A stretch of 64,000 bases of DNA from Balanoglossus misakiensis. Taxonomy: Eukaryota; Animalia; Hemichordata. Positions within the stretch are counted from its first letter, which is position 1. Each line of letters opens with the position of its first letter. This document shows positions 36,000-51,400 of the stretch, in pieces. The stretch spans positions 16,352,998-16,416,997 of the forward strand of contig CM082578.2 in NCBI GenBank assembly GCA_040954595.2. Direction: 5' to 3'. Made by a program: the position numbers and the translations under genes. The notes beneath the pieces are model-generated. The model was not told the origin of the DNA and did no database searches. It saw nothing but the letters and a program-made list of their open reading frames with translations.

Positions 36000-38900
36000 A
36001 AAAGCGAAACTCAGAATTCCGGTGCATGTATCTATGGCCTCAGTCGTTACGTTCACCCTAAATGTGTCTGCGCAGTTCAAACATTGCAAGAGGGTAGCTG
36101 ACGTTTCAGAAAATGTCTTGGGTCAAGACCTGTCTTGTCTGTGGTGTGCTATAGTACGGAAAATGATTGCATGTGAAGGTACGAAACACAAAACAGAAAC
36201 TTCTATTGACAAGGAAGAATAAGCTAAATTGAATGAAACTTATTATCTCCGTATGTCTGCTTTTCGGCCGAACTGCAAGGTGTGACATGAAAGCTGGTAC
36301 TAAAAATCATGCTACATCATGTTTTGTTAAAGGAACTAACTAATTAACACGCTTTTGTGTGTTAAACGACAATGACACACCATTAAAAGTTACTTTGAGT
36401 GCAGTGTGCGCAGTGCTTACGCAAGTTTATATGGTTTCCTAAACAACAACGCTGGATATGGACATGCCTGGCATGCAAAAAAAGTAAAACTCAGACACTG
36501 TGATCAATACAGATTCAAAAGCTGACATGTGGCATGGTTCCGATTGATTGATGCTGGATATGTCACATGCCGAGGGGGTGTAACTTTTAAACAGGGTGCG
36601 CATTTATGAGTCCAGCATTCGAAACCGACTTGCAACAACGTATATGCATGTCCTACCCATGCTTCAGTTTTAAATTATGGCTGTCGCCAATTTTAAGGAG
36701 TTGAACACGTCATCATTTGTAGACGGTTGCGACGCACCATTGACAACTTCGGGACACGGACCAACAATAACACACTTGTGTGAAAGCCGGTGTCCATTGA
36801 ATAGAGTGGACACTGTGTCCTGGCCATAATAAACCCGGTGACAATTTATGAAAAGACTGGTCTCTCACGCCATGTATCAAAGGGGGCAAGCTGTTTTATG
36901 AGATTGTCCCTACCGACACATGCGACAGAAACCCCAAAGTGATAATCTTCTGATAAACACTTAAATACCGTTATGTTTTGAACAGTAATTTCAGACTACA
37001 ATGGTTTCATCGCACGCCTCACACCAAAGTTAAAACAAAAACAATGTTTGTATGTGTATGCAGACCACGTACAACAGACATCAAAAGTCGAGTACAATCA
37101 CAGAAAGTGGGAGGTTTCATGTTTCTGAAAGTGTAACCTGGGAAGATGCTATAATCTAATGTCAGACTAATCAGCCATGTCCATGCATAATCCCCATTTG
37201 AAATTAATACACGTCCGTGTTGTCTGTGCCCCCGGGCTAGGTGCACAGCAAACCTGGTTTCTGGACATAAAGTATTTGCTATATTCTTCGCTCCTCGTCG
37301 TGTTAAATATATCGGAGGCGAATCAATTGCGATAAAAATCACTTCTATATAATCATAGATATGAATGCTTCGTTACAAGCCTGTTATCTTGAACCATGCA
37401 TCGGCTGCTGGTGGTATCGACAACTTCCAGGGATTCTGCAAAGGACAATGAAGTTCTTCATCATACACACGTAGGCTACATGTCGAGCAAAAAAATCCTG
37501 GACGCCGACGGACGGTGGTGATGGAGATGGCCTCTGTCTTCGTCTTGACTGTTTCCAGAAAGCCTAGTTCCAGGCCACGGCTTTCTGAGCAACAATCAAA
37601 AGGATGCAAGGGCCAGTGATCATCATCTTCAGGTGACAACGAACTCCCAAAGACACTAGTTCCCCCATAACATACTGGCATGTCCTCGCTTGCGTCCGCC
37701 AGCTTTCCCCGTGTACTCAACTGTCCTCCTTCAGTCGGTCTGAGGGTCTGTGCACTTCTGCCTTCTCGTTTTAATCAGGTCTCTTCGAGTAGCAACACGC
37801 TTCTAATTGACAAGTTCTTTCACACAGTATCATGTATAGACGTACAATGCACATTGTTCTAACGCTGTTTTTACAGCCTTTCGGGGATGAATGGTTCGGG
37901 GTCGCCAATGGAAACTCATTCAGTGCGCCACATTGCATCTATTCTGGCAATTTCTTTTGCCATGGTCGCCAAGTCTGTGTCTCTAGCTTATCAAGCCATG
38001 CATGCATACACATACAGTACCCCTGTCTTTCAAGTAAAATTCGCTTTTTTTACTTTTCATTCAGACGACCACAAACCTCCCCGCCAACGCTATCGCCTAT
38101 TTCTATGTGCCAGTACAAACAGCCATTCATTCTACCAACGCCGCCATATTCACGTCTGATCAGAAAAAGTTTATTCTGTCCTTTATGAAACTGTTCACAA
38201 TTTTTTCCCCTCGCCAATAAGCAAACGCTGAACAAAACAAACTACAATTGGTAGAACAGAACACATCGCATGCTTTCATGAAAATAAGGTCACCATTCTT
38301 GAAAACCCGACATCCAACCAACCTGTTGCTAATGCCAGTTTTGGTCACTTTTAAAAGCAGCACTCAACGCGCGTGTTTTAATAAACGGACAAATCACAAA
38401 TTTTGCACCGAAAAAGTCGAGTCAGGTCTGTGGGTCATCACCAACAAGACTTACCCTCACATATGTTTTATCACCCCTGTATTTAAAAAATCCTTGTAGA
38501 AAATTATAATCGGCCGTGATATTTCTTATAGTTATCTGACGAGGATCACTACAAGTTTGGCAGAAATGTCGTAGCGTCTTATGACCTCAGATTGGTGTGT
38601 AGGCCTAAATGATGACCAACTGCACGGCAAAATAAAAACATTGAATGCAATTCATATTGAAGGTTCTACTGGTTTGAAATAAAGTAAGTGTGTCACACGG
38701 TTTGCTACATGATGTCAACTCTCCTTGACCTCAATTTTACAACTGACCTGCAGATCGTTTGGGTTTATACAGCGCTCTTGAACTTGGCGGGCACCTTTTC
38801 GACTTGACTATAACTGGCCAACCGGAACAACAATTCACACCTGTATACTGGGCTCTGTATTCTGAGATCGATGATTCGAGCAGTGTGTAGGTACGGGCTA

Positions 38901-39017
38901 CTATTCTGGAGCAGACAAAATCATCACAGCCCCGACCTATTGATTTACATATACAACAAAATACTGGCAAAAATCTTGAAGATATGTACTGGAGTGTTTG
39001 TAAAGGATGCTCAGGGC

Positions 39018-39415
39018 ATGGATTCTAACAAATACACGCTCAAAAAATGAAAAATTCTCGACTTTCTGAATTTTGGCCATTTTGGCTTTTTCATCTCATC
39101 TGCATGGGTTATAGCTCATACACGCTCGAAAGATGAAAAAAATTGACTTTGTGAATTTTGATCAATTTGGCATTTTAATGTCATATACATGGATTCTAAC
39201 TCAAACACACTCAAAAAATTACAAATTCTTGACTTCGGCACTTTTGGTCATTTTGGCATTTTCATGTTATAGCTCATGAAAATCATCAGAAAATGACAAT
39301 TTTTCGACTTTGCGGAATTTCAAAATTTGGTCATATACATGGATTCTAACTCAAACACACTCAAAAAATTACAAATTCTTGACTTCGGCACTTTTGGTCA
39401 TTTTGGCATTTTCAT
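39018..39415. repeat. Diverged satellite-related monomers, left flank
   Basis: Degenerate units CATGGATTCTAAC..ACAC.CTCAAAAAA..GACTT..TTTTGG.CATTTTGGC related to the 87-mer. Includes a 150-bp exact tandem duplication (39181-39330 / 39331-39480). Confidence 0.8.
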
Positions 39416-42400
39416 GTTATAGCTCATGAAAATCATCAGAAAATGACAATTTTTCGACTTTGCGGAATTTCAAAATTTGGTCGATTTTTGAAAAAATCAT
39501 GGGTTATAGCTCATGAAAATCATCAGAAAATGAGAATTTTTCGACTTTGCGGAATTTCAAAATTTGGTCGACTTTTGAAAAAAATCATGGGTTATAGCTC
39601 ATGAAAATCATCAGAAAATGAGAATTTTTCGACTTTGCAGAATTTCAAAATTTGGTCGATTTTTGAAAAAATCATGGGTTATAGCTCATGAAAATCATCA
39701 GAAAATGAGAATTTTTCGACTTTGCGGAATTTCAAAATTTGGTCGATTTTTGAAAAAACCATGGGTTATAGCTCATGAAAATCATCAGAAAATGAGAATT
39801 TTTCGACTTTGCGGAATTTCAAAATTTGGTCGATTTTTGAAAAAACCATGGGTTATAGCTCATGAAAATCATCAGAAAATGAGAATTTTTCGACTTTGCG
39901 GAATTTCAAAATTTGGTCGATTTTTGAAAAAACCATGGGTTATAGCTCATGAAAATCATCAGAAAATGAGAATTTTTCGACTTTGCGGAATTTCAAAATT
40001 TGGTCGATTTTTGAAAAAATCATGGGTTATAGCTCATGAAAATCATCAGAAAATGAGAATTTTTCGACTTTGCGGAATTTCAAAATTTGGTCGATTTTTG
40101 AAAAAACCATGGGTTATAGCTCATGAAAATCATCAGAAAATGAGAATTTTTCGACTTTGCGGAATTTCAAAATTTGGTCGATTTTTGAAAAAACCATGGG
40201 TTATAGCTCATGAAAATCATCAGAAAATGAGAATTTTTCGACTTTGCGGAATTTCAAAATTTGGTCGATTTTTGAAAAAACCATGGGTTATAGCTCATGA
40301 AAATCATCAGAAAATGAGAATTTTTCGACTTTGCGGAATTTCAAAATTTGGTCGATTTTTGAAAAAACCATGGGTTATAGCTCATGAAAATCATCAGAAA
40401 ATGACAATTTTTCGACTTTGCGGAATTTCAAAATTTGGTCGATTTTTGAAAAAATCATGGGTTATAGCTCATGAAAATCGTCAGAAAATGACAATTTTTC
40501 GACTTTGCGGAATTTCAAAATTTGGTCGATTTTTGAAAAAATCATGGGTTATAGCTCATGAAAATCGTCAGAAAATGACAATTTTTCGACTTTGCGGAAT
40601 TTCAAAATTTGGTCGATTTTTGAAAATATCATGGGTTATAGCTCATGAAAATCATCAGAAAATGACAATTTTTCGACTTTGCGGAATTTCAAAATTTGGT
40701 CGATTTTTGAAAATATCATGGGTTATAGCTCATGAAAATCATCAGAAAATGACAATTTTTCGACTTTGCGGAATTTCAAAATTTGGTCGATTTTTGAAAA
40801 AATCATGGGTTATAGCTCATGAAAATCATCAGAAAATGAGAATTTTTCGACTTTGCGGAATTTCAAAATTTGGTCGATTTTTGAAAAAATCATGGGTTAT
40901 AGCTCATGAAAATCATCAGAAAATGACAATTTTTCGACTTTGCGGAATTTCAAAATTTGGTCGATTTTTGAAAAAATCATGGGTTATAGCTCATGAAAAT
41001 CATCAGAAAATGAGAATTTTTCGACTTTCCGGAATTTCAAAATTTGGTCGATTTTTGAAAAAATCATGGGTTATAGCTCATGAAAATCATCAGAAAATGA
41101 GAATTTTTCGACTTTGCGGAATTTCAAAATTTGGTCGATTTTTGAAAAAACCATGGGTTATAGCTCATGAAAATCATCAGAAAATGAGAATTTTTCGACT
41201 TTGCGGAATTTCAAAATTTGGTCGATTTTTGAAAAAACCATGGGTTATAGCTCATGAAAATCATCAGAAAATGAGAATTTTTCGACTTTGCGGAATTTCA
41301 AAATTTGGTCGATTTTTGAAAAAACCATGGGTTATAGCTCATGAAAATCATCAGAAAATGAGAATTTTTCGACTTTGCGGAATTTCAAAATTTGGTCGAT
41401 TTTTGAAAAAACCATGGGTTATAGCTCATGAAAATCATCAGAAAATGACAATTTTTCGACTTTGCGGAATTTCAAAATTTGGTCGATTTTTGAAAAAATC
41501 ATGGGTTATAGCCCATGAAAATCATCAGAAAATGACAATTTTTCGACTTTGCGGAATTTCAAAATTTGGTCGATTTTTGAAAAAATCATGGGTTATAGCT
41601 CATGAAAATCATCAGAAAATGACAATTTTTCGACTTTGCGGAATTTCAAAATTTGGTCGATTTTTGAAAAAAATCATGGGTTATAGCTCATGAAAATCAT
41701 CAGAAAATGACAATTTTTCGACTTTGCGGAATTTCAAAATTTGGTCGATTTTTGAAAAAATCATGGGTTATAGCTCATGAAAATCATCAGAAAATGACAA
41801 TTTTTCGACTTTGCGGAATTTCAAAATTTGGTCGATTTTTGAAAAAATCATGGGTTATAGCTCATGAAAATCATCAGAAAATGACAATTTTTCGACTTTG
41901 CGGAATTTCAAAATTTGGTCGATTTTTGAAAAAACCATGGGTTATAGCTCATGAAAATCATCAGAAAATGAGAATTTTTCGACTTTGCGGAATTTCAAAA
42001 TTTGGTCGATTTTTGAAAAAACCATGGGTTATAGCTCATGAAAATCATCAGAAAATGACAATTTTTCGACTTTGCGGAATTTCAAAATTTGGTCGATTTT
42101 TGAAAAAACCATGGGTTATAGCTCATGAAAATCATCAGAAAATGACAATTTTTCGACTTTGCGGAATTTCAAAATTTGGTCGATTTTTGAAAAAACCATG
42201 GGTTATAGCTCATGAAAATCATCAGAAAATGACAATTTTTCGACTTTGCGGAATTTCAAAATTTGGTCGATTTTTGAAAAAATCATGGGTTATAGCTCAT
42301 GAAAATCATCAGAAAATGACAATTTTTCGACTTTGCGGAATTTCAAAATTTGGTCGATTTTTGAAAAAATCATGGGTTATAGCTCATGAAAATCATCAGA

Positions 42401-45400
42401 AAATGAGAATTTTTCGACTTTGCGGAATTTCAAAATTTGGTCGATTTTTGAAAAAATCATGGGTTATAGCTCATGAAAATCATCAGAAAATGAGAATTTT
42501 TCGACTTTGCGGAATTTCAAAATTTGGTCGATTTTTGAAAAAATCATGGGTTATAGCTCATGAAAATCATCAGAAAATGAGAATTTTTCGACTTTGCGGA
42601 ATTTCAAAATTTGGTCGATTTTTGAAAAAATCATGGGTTATAGCTCATGAAAATCATCAGAAAATGACAATTTTTCGACTTTGCGGAATTTCAAAATTTG
42701 GTCGATTTTTGAAAAAATCATGGGTTATAGCTCATGAAAATCATCAGAAAATGACAATTTTTCGACTTTGCGGAATTTCAAAATTTGGTCGATTTTTGAA
42801 AAAATCATGGGTTATAGCTCATGAAAATCATCAGAAAATGACAATTTTTCGACTTTGCGGAATTTCAAAATTTGGTCGATTTTTGAAAAAACCATGGGTT
42901 ATAGCTCATGAAAATCATCAGAAAATGAGAATTTTTCGACTTTGCGGAATTTCAAAATTTGGTCGATTTTTGAAAAAACCATGGGTTATAGCTCATGAAA
43001 ATCATCAGAAAATGACAATTTTTCGACTTTGCGGAATTTCAAAATTTGGTCGATTTTTGAAAAAACCATGGGTTATAGCTCATGAAAATCATCAGAAAAT
43101 GAGAATTTTTCGACTTTGCGGAATTTCAAAATTTGGTCGATTTTTGAAAAAACCATGGGTTATAGCTCATGAAAATCATCAGAAAATGAGAATTTTTCGA
43201 CTTTGCGGAATTTCAAAATTTGGTCGATTTTTGAAAAAACCATGGGTTATAGCTCATGAAAATCATCAGAAAATGAGAATTTTTCGACTTTGCGGAATTT
43301 CAAAATTTGGTCGATTTTTGAAAAAACCATGGGTTATAGCTCATGAAAATCATCAGAAAATGAGAATTTTTCGACTTTGCGGAATTTCAAAATTTGGTCG
43401 ATTTTTGAAAAAACCATGGGTTATAGCTCATGAAAATCATCAGAAAATGACAATTTTTCGACTTTGCGGAATTTCAAAATTTGGTCGATTTTTGAAAAAA
43501 CCATGGGTTATAGCTCATGAAAATCATCAGAAAATGACAATTTTTCGACTTTGCGGAATTTCAAAATTTGGTCGATTTTTGAAAAAATCATGGGTTATAG
43601 CTCATGAAAATCATCAGAAAATGACAATTTTTCGACTTTGCGGAATTTCAAAATTTGGTCGATTTTTGAAAAAATCATGGGTTATAGCTCATGAAAATCA
43701 TCAGAAAATGAGAATTTTTCGACTTTGCGGAATTTCAAAATTTGGTCGATTTTTGAAAAAATCATGGGTTATAGCTCATGAAAATCATCAGAAAATGAGA
43801 ATTTTTCGACTTTGCGGAATTTCAAAATTTGGTCGATTTTTGAAAAAATCATGGGTTATAGCTCATGAAAATCATCAGAAAATGACAATTTTTCGACTTT
43901 GCGGAATTTCAAAATTTGGTCGATTTTTGAAAAAATCATGGGTTATAGCTCATGAAAATCATCAGAAAATGACAATTTTTCGACTTTGCGGAATTTCAAA
44001 ATTTGGTCGATTTTTGAAAAAATCATGGGTTATAGCTCATGAAAATCATCAGAAAATGACAATTTTTCGACTTTGCGGAATTTCAAAATTTGGTCGATTT
44101 TTGAAAAAATCATGGGTTATAGCTCATGAAAATCATCAGAAAATGACAATTTTTCGACTTTGCGGAATTTCAAAATTTGGTCGATTTTTGAAAAAACCAT
44201 GGGTTATAGCTCATGAAAATCATCAGAAAATGAGAATTTTTCGACTTTGCGGAATTTCAAAATTTGGTCGATTTTTGAAAAAATCATGGGTTATAGCTCA
44301 TGAAAATCATCAGAAAATGACAATTTTTCGACTTTGCGGAATTTCAAAATTTGGTCGATTTTTGAAAAAATCATGGGTTATAGCTCATGAAAATCATCAG
44401 AAAATGACAATTTTTCGACTTTGCGGAATTTCAAAATTTGGTCGATTTTTGAAAAAATCATGGGTTATAGCTCATGAAAATCATCAGAAAATGACAATTT
44501 TTCGACTTTGCGGAATTTCAAAATTTGGTCGATTTTTGAAAAAACCATGGGTTATAGCTCATGAAAATCATCAGAAAATGACAATTTTTCGACTTTGCGG
44601 AATTTCAAAATTTGGTCGATTTTTGAAAAAACCATGGGTTATAGCTCATGAAAATCATCAGAAAATGACAATTTTTCGACTTTGCGGAATTTCAAAATTT
44701 GGTCGATTTTGAAAAAATCATGGGTTATATCTCATGAAAATCATCAGAAAATGACAATTTTTCGACTTTGCGGAATTTCAAAATTTGGTCGATTTTTGAA
44801 AAAATCATGGGTTATAGCTCATGAAAATCATCAGAAAATGAGAATTTTTCGACTTTGCGGAATTTCAAAATTTGGTCGATTTTTGAAAAAATCATGGGTT
44901 ATAGCTTATGAAAATCATCAGAAAATGACAATTTTTCGACTTTGCGGAATTTCAAAATTTGGTCGATTTTTGAAAAAATCATGGGTTATAGCTCATGAAA
45001 ATCATCAGAAAATGACAATTTTTCGACTTTGCGCAATTTCAAAATTTGGTCGATTTTTGAAAAAACCATGGGTTATAGCTCATGAAAATCATCAGAAAAT
45101 GACAATTTTTCGACTTTGCGCAATTTCAAAATTTGGTCGATTTTTGAAAAAACCATGGGTTATAGCTCATGAAAATCATCAGAAAATGACAATTTTTCGA
45201 CTTTGCGGAATTTCAAAATTTGGTCGATTTTTGAAAAAATCATGGGTTATAGCTCATGAAAATCATCAGAAAATGACAATTTTTCGACTTTGCGGAATTT
45301 CAAAATTTGGTCGATTTTTGAAAAAATCATGGGTTATAGCTCATGAAAATCATCAGAAAATGACAATTTTTCGACTTTGCGGAATTTCAAAATTTGGTCG

Positions 45401-48400
45401 ATTTTTGAAAAAATCATGGGTTATAGCTCATGAAAATCATCAGAAAATGACAATTTTTCGACTTTGCGGAATTTCAAAATTTGGTCGATTTTTGAAAAAA
45501 CCATGGGTTATAGCTCATGAAAATCATCAGAAAATGAGAATTTTTCGACTTTGCGGAATTTCAAAATTTGGTCGATTTTTGAAAAAACCATGGGTTATAG
45601 CTCATGAAAATCATCAGAAAATGAGAATTTTTCGACTTTGCGGAATTTCAAAATTTGGTCGATTTTTGAAAAAACCATGGGTTATAGCTCATGAAAATCA
45701 TCAGAAAATGAGAATTTTTCGACTTTGCGGAATTTCAAAATTTGGTCGATTTTTGAAAAAACCATGGGTTATAGCTCATGAAAATCATCAGAAAATGAGA
45801 ATTTTTCGACTTTGCGGAATTTCAAAATTTGGTCGATTTTTGAAAAAACCATGGGTTATAGCTCATGAAAATCATCAGAAAATGAGAATTTTTCGACTTT
45901 GCGGAATTTCAAAATTTGGTCGATTTTTGAAAAAACCATGGGTTATAGCTCATGAAAATCATCAGAAAATGAGAATTTTTCGACTTTGCGGAATTTCAAA
46001 ATTTGGTCGATTTTTGAAAAAACCATGGGTTATAGCTCATGAAAATCATCAGAAAATGAGAATTTTTCGACTTTGCGGAATTTCAAAATTTGGTCGATTT
46101 TTGAAAAAATCATGGGTTATAGCTCATGAAAATCATCAGAAAATGAGAATTTTTCGACTTTGCGGAATTTCAAAATTTGGTCGATTTTTGAAAAAACCAT
46201 GGGTTATAGCTCATGAAAATCATCAGAAAATGAGAATTTTTCGACTTTGCGGAATTTCAAAATTTGGTCGATTTTTGAAAAAACCATGGGTTATAGCTCA
46301 TGAAAATCATCAGAAAATGACAATTTTTCGACTTTGCGGAATTTCAAAATTTGGTCGATTTTTGAAAAAACCATGGGTTATAGCTCATGAAAATCATCAG
46401 AAAATGACAATTTTTCGACTTTGCGGAATTTCAAAATTTGGTCGATTTTTGAAAAAATCATGGGTTATAGCTCATGAAAATCATCAGAAAATGACAATTT
46501 TTCGACTTTGCGGAATTTCAAAATTTGGTCGATTTTTGAAAAAACCATGGGTTATAGCTCATGAAAATCATCAGAAAATGAGAATTTTTCGACTTTGCGG
46601 AATTTCAAAATTTGGTCGATTTTTGAAAAAACCATGGGTTATAGCTCATGAAAATCATCAGAAAATGAGAATTTTTCGACTTTGCGGAATTTCAAAATTT
46701 GGTCGATTTTTGAAAAAACCATGGGTTATAGCTCATGAAAATCATCAGAAAATGAGAATTTTTCGACTTTGCGGAATTTCAAAATTTGGTCGATTTTTGA
46801 AAAAACCATGGGTTATAGCTCATGAAAATCATCAGAAAATGAGAATTTTTCGACTTTGCGGAATTTCAAAATTTGGTCGATTTTTGAAAAAACCATGGGT
46901 TATAGCTCATGAAAATCATCAGAAAATGAGAATTTTTCGACTTTGCGGAATTTCAAAATTTGGTCGATTTTTGAAAAAATCATGGGTTATAGCTCATGAA
47001 AATCATCAGAAAATGAGAATTTTTCGACTTTGCGGAATTTCAAAATTTGGTCGATTTTTGAAAAAATCATGGGTTATAGCTCATGAAAATCATCAGAAAA
47101 TGAGAATTTTTCGACTTTGCGGAATTTCAAAATTTGGTCGATTTTTGAAAAAACCATGGGTTATAGCTCATGAAAATCATCAGAAAATGACAATTTTTCG
47201 ACTTTGCGGAATTTCAAAATTTGGTCGATTTTTGAAAAAACCATGGGTTATAGCTCATGAAAATCATCAGAAAATGACAATTTTTCGACTTTGCGGAATT
47301 TCAAAATTTGGTCGATTTTTGAAAAAACCATGGGTTATAGCTCATGAAAATCATCAGAAAATGACAATTTTTCGACTTTGCGGAATTTCAAAATTTGGTC
47401 GATTTTTGAAAAAATCATGGGTTATAGCTCATGAAAATCATCAGAAAATGACAATTTTTCGACTTTGCGGAATTTCAAAATTTGGTCGATTTTTGAAAAA
47501 ATCATGGGTTATAGCTCATGAAAATCATCAGAAAATGACAATTTTTCGACTTTGCGGAATTTCAAAATTTGGTCGATTTTTGAAAAAATCATGGGTTATA
47601 GCTCATGAAAATCATCAGAAAATGACAATTTTTCGACTTTGCGGAATTTCAAAATTTGGTCGATTTTTGAAAAAATCATGGGTTATAGCTCATGAAAATC
47701 ATCAGAAAATGACAATTTTTCGACTTTGCGGAATTTCAAAATTTGGTCGATTTTTGAAAAAATCATGGGTTATATATAGCTCATGAAAATCATCAGAAAA
47801 TGACAATTTTTCGACTTTGCGGAATTTCAAAATTTGGTCGATTTTTGAAAAAACCATGGGTTATAGCTCATGAAAATCATCAGAAAATGAGAATTTTTCG
47901 ACTTTGCGGAATTTCAAAATTTGGTCGATTTTTGAAAAAACCATGGGTTATAGCTCATGAAAATCATCAGAAAATGAGAATTTTTCGACTTTGCGGAATT
48001 TCAAAATTTGGTCGATTTTTGAAAAAACCATGGGTTATAGCTCATGAAAATCATCAGAAAATGACAATTTTTCGACTTTGCGGAATTTCAAAATTTGGTC
48101 GATTTTTGAAAAAATCATGGGTTATTCAAAATTTGGTCGATTTTTGAAAAAACCATGGGTTATAGCTCATGAAAATCATCAGAAAATGACAATTTTTCGA
48201 CTTTGCGGAATTTCAAAATTTGGTCGATTTTTGAAAAAACCATGGGTTATAGCTCATGAAAATCATCAGAAAATGAGAATTTTTCGACTTTGCGGAATTT
48301 CAAAATTTGGTCGATTTTTGAAAAAACCATGGGTTATAGCTCATGAAAATCATCAGAAAATGACAATTTTTCGACTTTGCGGAATTTCAAAATTTGGTCG

Positions 48401-51400
48401 ATTTTTGAAAAAATCATGGGTTATAGCTCATGAAAATCATCAGAAAATGACAATTTTTCGACTTTGCGGAATTTCAAAATTTGGTCGATTTTTGAAAAAA
48501 TCATGGGTTATAGCTCATGAAAATCATCAGAAAATGAGAATTTTTCGACTTTGCGGAATTTCAAAATGTGGTCGATTTTTGAAAAAATCATGGGTTATAT
48601 ATAGCTCATGAAAATCATCAGAAAATGACAATTTTTCGACTTTGCGGAATTTCAAAATTTGGTCGATTTTTGAAAAAACCATGGGTTATAGCTCATGAAA
48701 ATCATCAGAAAATGAGAATTTTTCGACTTTGCGGAATTTCAAAATTTGGTCGATTTTTGAAAAAATCATGGCTTATAGCTCATGAAAATCATCAGAAAAT
48801 GAGAATTTTTCGACTTTGCGGAATTTCAAAATTTGGTCGATTTTTGAAAAAACCATGGGTTATAGCTCATGAAAATCATCAGAAAATGAGAATTTTTCGA
48901 CTTTGCGGAATTTCAAAATTTGGTCGATTTTTGAAAAAATCATGGGTTATAGCTCATGAAAATCATCAGAAAATGACAATTTTTCGACTTTGCGGAATTT
49001 CAAAATTTGGTCGATTTTTGAAAAAATCATGGGTTATAGCTCATGAAAATCATCAGAAAATGAGAATTTTTCGACTTTGCGGAATTTCAAAATTTGGTCG
49101 ATTTTGAAAAAATCATGGGTTATAGCTCATGAAAATCATCAGAAAATGAGAATTTTTCGACTTTGCGGAATTTCAAAATTTGGTCGATTTTTGAAAAAAT
49201 CATGGGTTATAGCTCATGAAAATCATCAGAAAATGAGAATTTTTCGACTTTGCGGAATTTCAAAATTTGGTCGATTTTTGAAAAAAATCATGGGTTATAG
49301 CTCATGAAAATCATCAGAAAATGAGAATTTTTCGACTTTGCGGAATTTCAAAATTTGGTCGATTTTTGAAAAAATCATGGGTTATAGCTCATGAAAATCA
49401 TCAGAAAATGAGAATTTTTCGACTTTGCGGAATTTCAAAATTTGGTCGATTTTTGAAAAAATCATGGGTTATAGCTCATGAAAATCATCGGAAAATGACA
49501 ATTTTTCGACTTTGCGGAATTTCAGAATTTGGTCGATTTTTAAAAAAATCATGGGTTATAGCTCATGAAAATCATCAGAAAATGACAATTTTTCGACTTT
49601 GCGGAATTTCAAAATTTGGTCGATTTTTGAAAAAATCATGGGTTATAGCTCATGTAAATCATCAGAAAATGACAATTTTTCGACTTTGCGGAATTTCAAA
49701 ATTTGGTCGATTTTTGAAAAAATCATGGGTTATATATAGCTCATGAAAATCATCAGAAAATGACAATTTTTCGACTTTGCGGAATTTCAAAATTTGGTCG
49801 ATTTTTGAAAAAACCATGGGTTATAGCTCATGAAAATCATCAGAAAATGAGAATTTTTCGACTTTGCGGAATTTCAAAATTTGGTCGATTTTTGAAAAAA
49901 TCATGGCTTATAGCTCATGAAAATCATCAGAAAATGAGAATTTTTCGACTTTGCGGAATTTCAAAATTTGGTCGATTTTTGAAAAAACCATGGGTTATAG
50001 CTCATGAAAATCATCAGAAAATGAGAATTTTTCGACTTTGCGGAATTTCAAAATTTGGTCGATTTTTGAAAAAATCATGGGTTATAGCTCATGAAAATCA
50101 TCAGAAAATGAGAATTTTTCGACTTTGCGGAATTTCAAAATTTGGTCGATTTTTGAAAAAATCATGGGTTATAGCTCATGAAAATCATCAGAAAATGAGA
50201 ATTTTTCGACTTTGCGGAATTTCAAAATTTGGTCGATTTTTGAAAAAATCATGGGTTATAGCTCATGAAAATCATCAGAAAATGAGAATTTTTCGACTTT
50301 GCGGAATTTCAAAATTTGGTCGATTTTTGAAAAAATCATGGGTTATAGCTCATGAAAATCATCAGAAAATGAGAATTTTTCGACTTTGCGGATATTCAAA
50401 ATTTGGTCGATTTTTGAAAAAAACATGGGTTATAGCTCATGAAAATCATCAGAAAATGACAATTTTTCGACTTTGCGGAATTTCAAAATTTGGTCGATTT
50501 TTGAAAAAATCATGGGTTATAGCTCATGAAAATCATCAGAAAATGAGAATTTTTCGACTTTGCGGAATTTCAAAATTTGGTCGATTTTTGAAAAAATCAT
50601 GGGTTATAGCTCATGAAAATCATCAGAAAATGAGAATTTTTCGACTTTGCGGAATTTCAAAATTTGGTCGATTTTTGAAAAAAAACATGGGTTATAGCTC
50701 ATGAAAATCATCAGAAAATGACAATTTTTCGACTTTGCGGAATTTCAAAATTTGGTCGATTTTTGAAAAAATCATGGGTTATAGCTCATGAAAATCATCA
50801 GAAAATGACAATTTTTCGACTTTGCGGAATTTCAAAATTTGGTCGATTTTTGAAAAAATCATGGGTTATAGCTCATGAAAATCATCAGAAAATGAGAATT
50901 TTTCGACTTTGCGGAATTTCAAAATTTGGTCGATTTTTGAAAAAATCATGGGTTATAGCTCATGAAAATCATCAGAAAATGAGAATTTTTCGACTTTGCG
51001 GAATTTCAAAATTTGGTCGATTTTTGAAAAAATCATGGGTTATAGCTCATGAAAATCATCAGAAAATGAGAATTTTTCGACTTTGCGGAATTTCAAAATT
51101 TGGTCGATTTTTGAAAAAATCATGGGTTATAGCTCATGAAAATCATCAGAAAATGAGAATTTTTCGACTTTGCGGAATTTCAAAATTTGGTCGATTTTTG
51201 AAAAAATCATGGGTTATAGCTCATGAAAATCATCAGAAAATGAGAATTTTTCGACTTTGCGGAATTTCAAAATTTGGTCGATTTTTGAAAAAATCATGGG
51301 TTATAGCTCATGAAAATCATCAGAAAATGAGAATTTTTCGACTTTGCGGAATTTCAAAATTTGGTCGATTTTTGAAAAAATCATGGGTTATAGCTCATGA

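Noticed and set aside
35917-36222. Polyproline / polyglycine ORFs
   Set aside because: Produced by translating the poly-C tract.
38050-38235. RREYGG...LYWHIEI as a possible HUH (rolling-circle) endonuclease motif
   Set aside because: Only one His, a short ORF, and no accompanying Rep or helicase motifs could be seen; too weak to call a Helitron.
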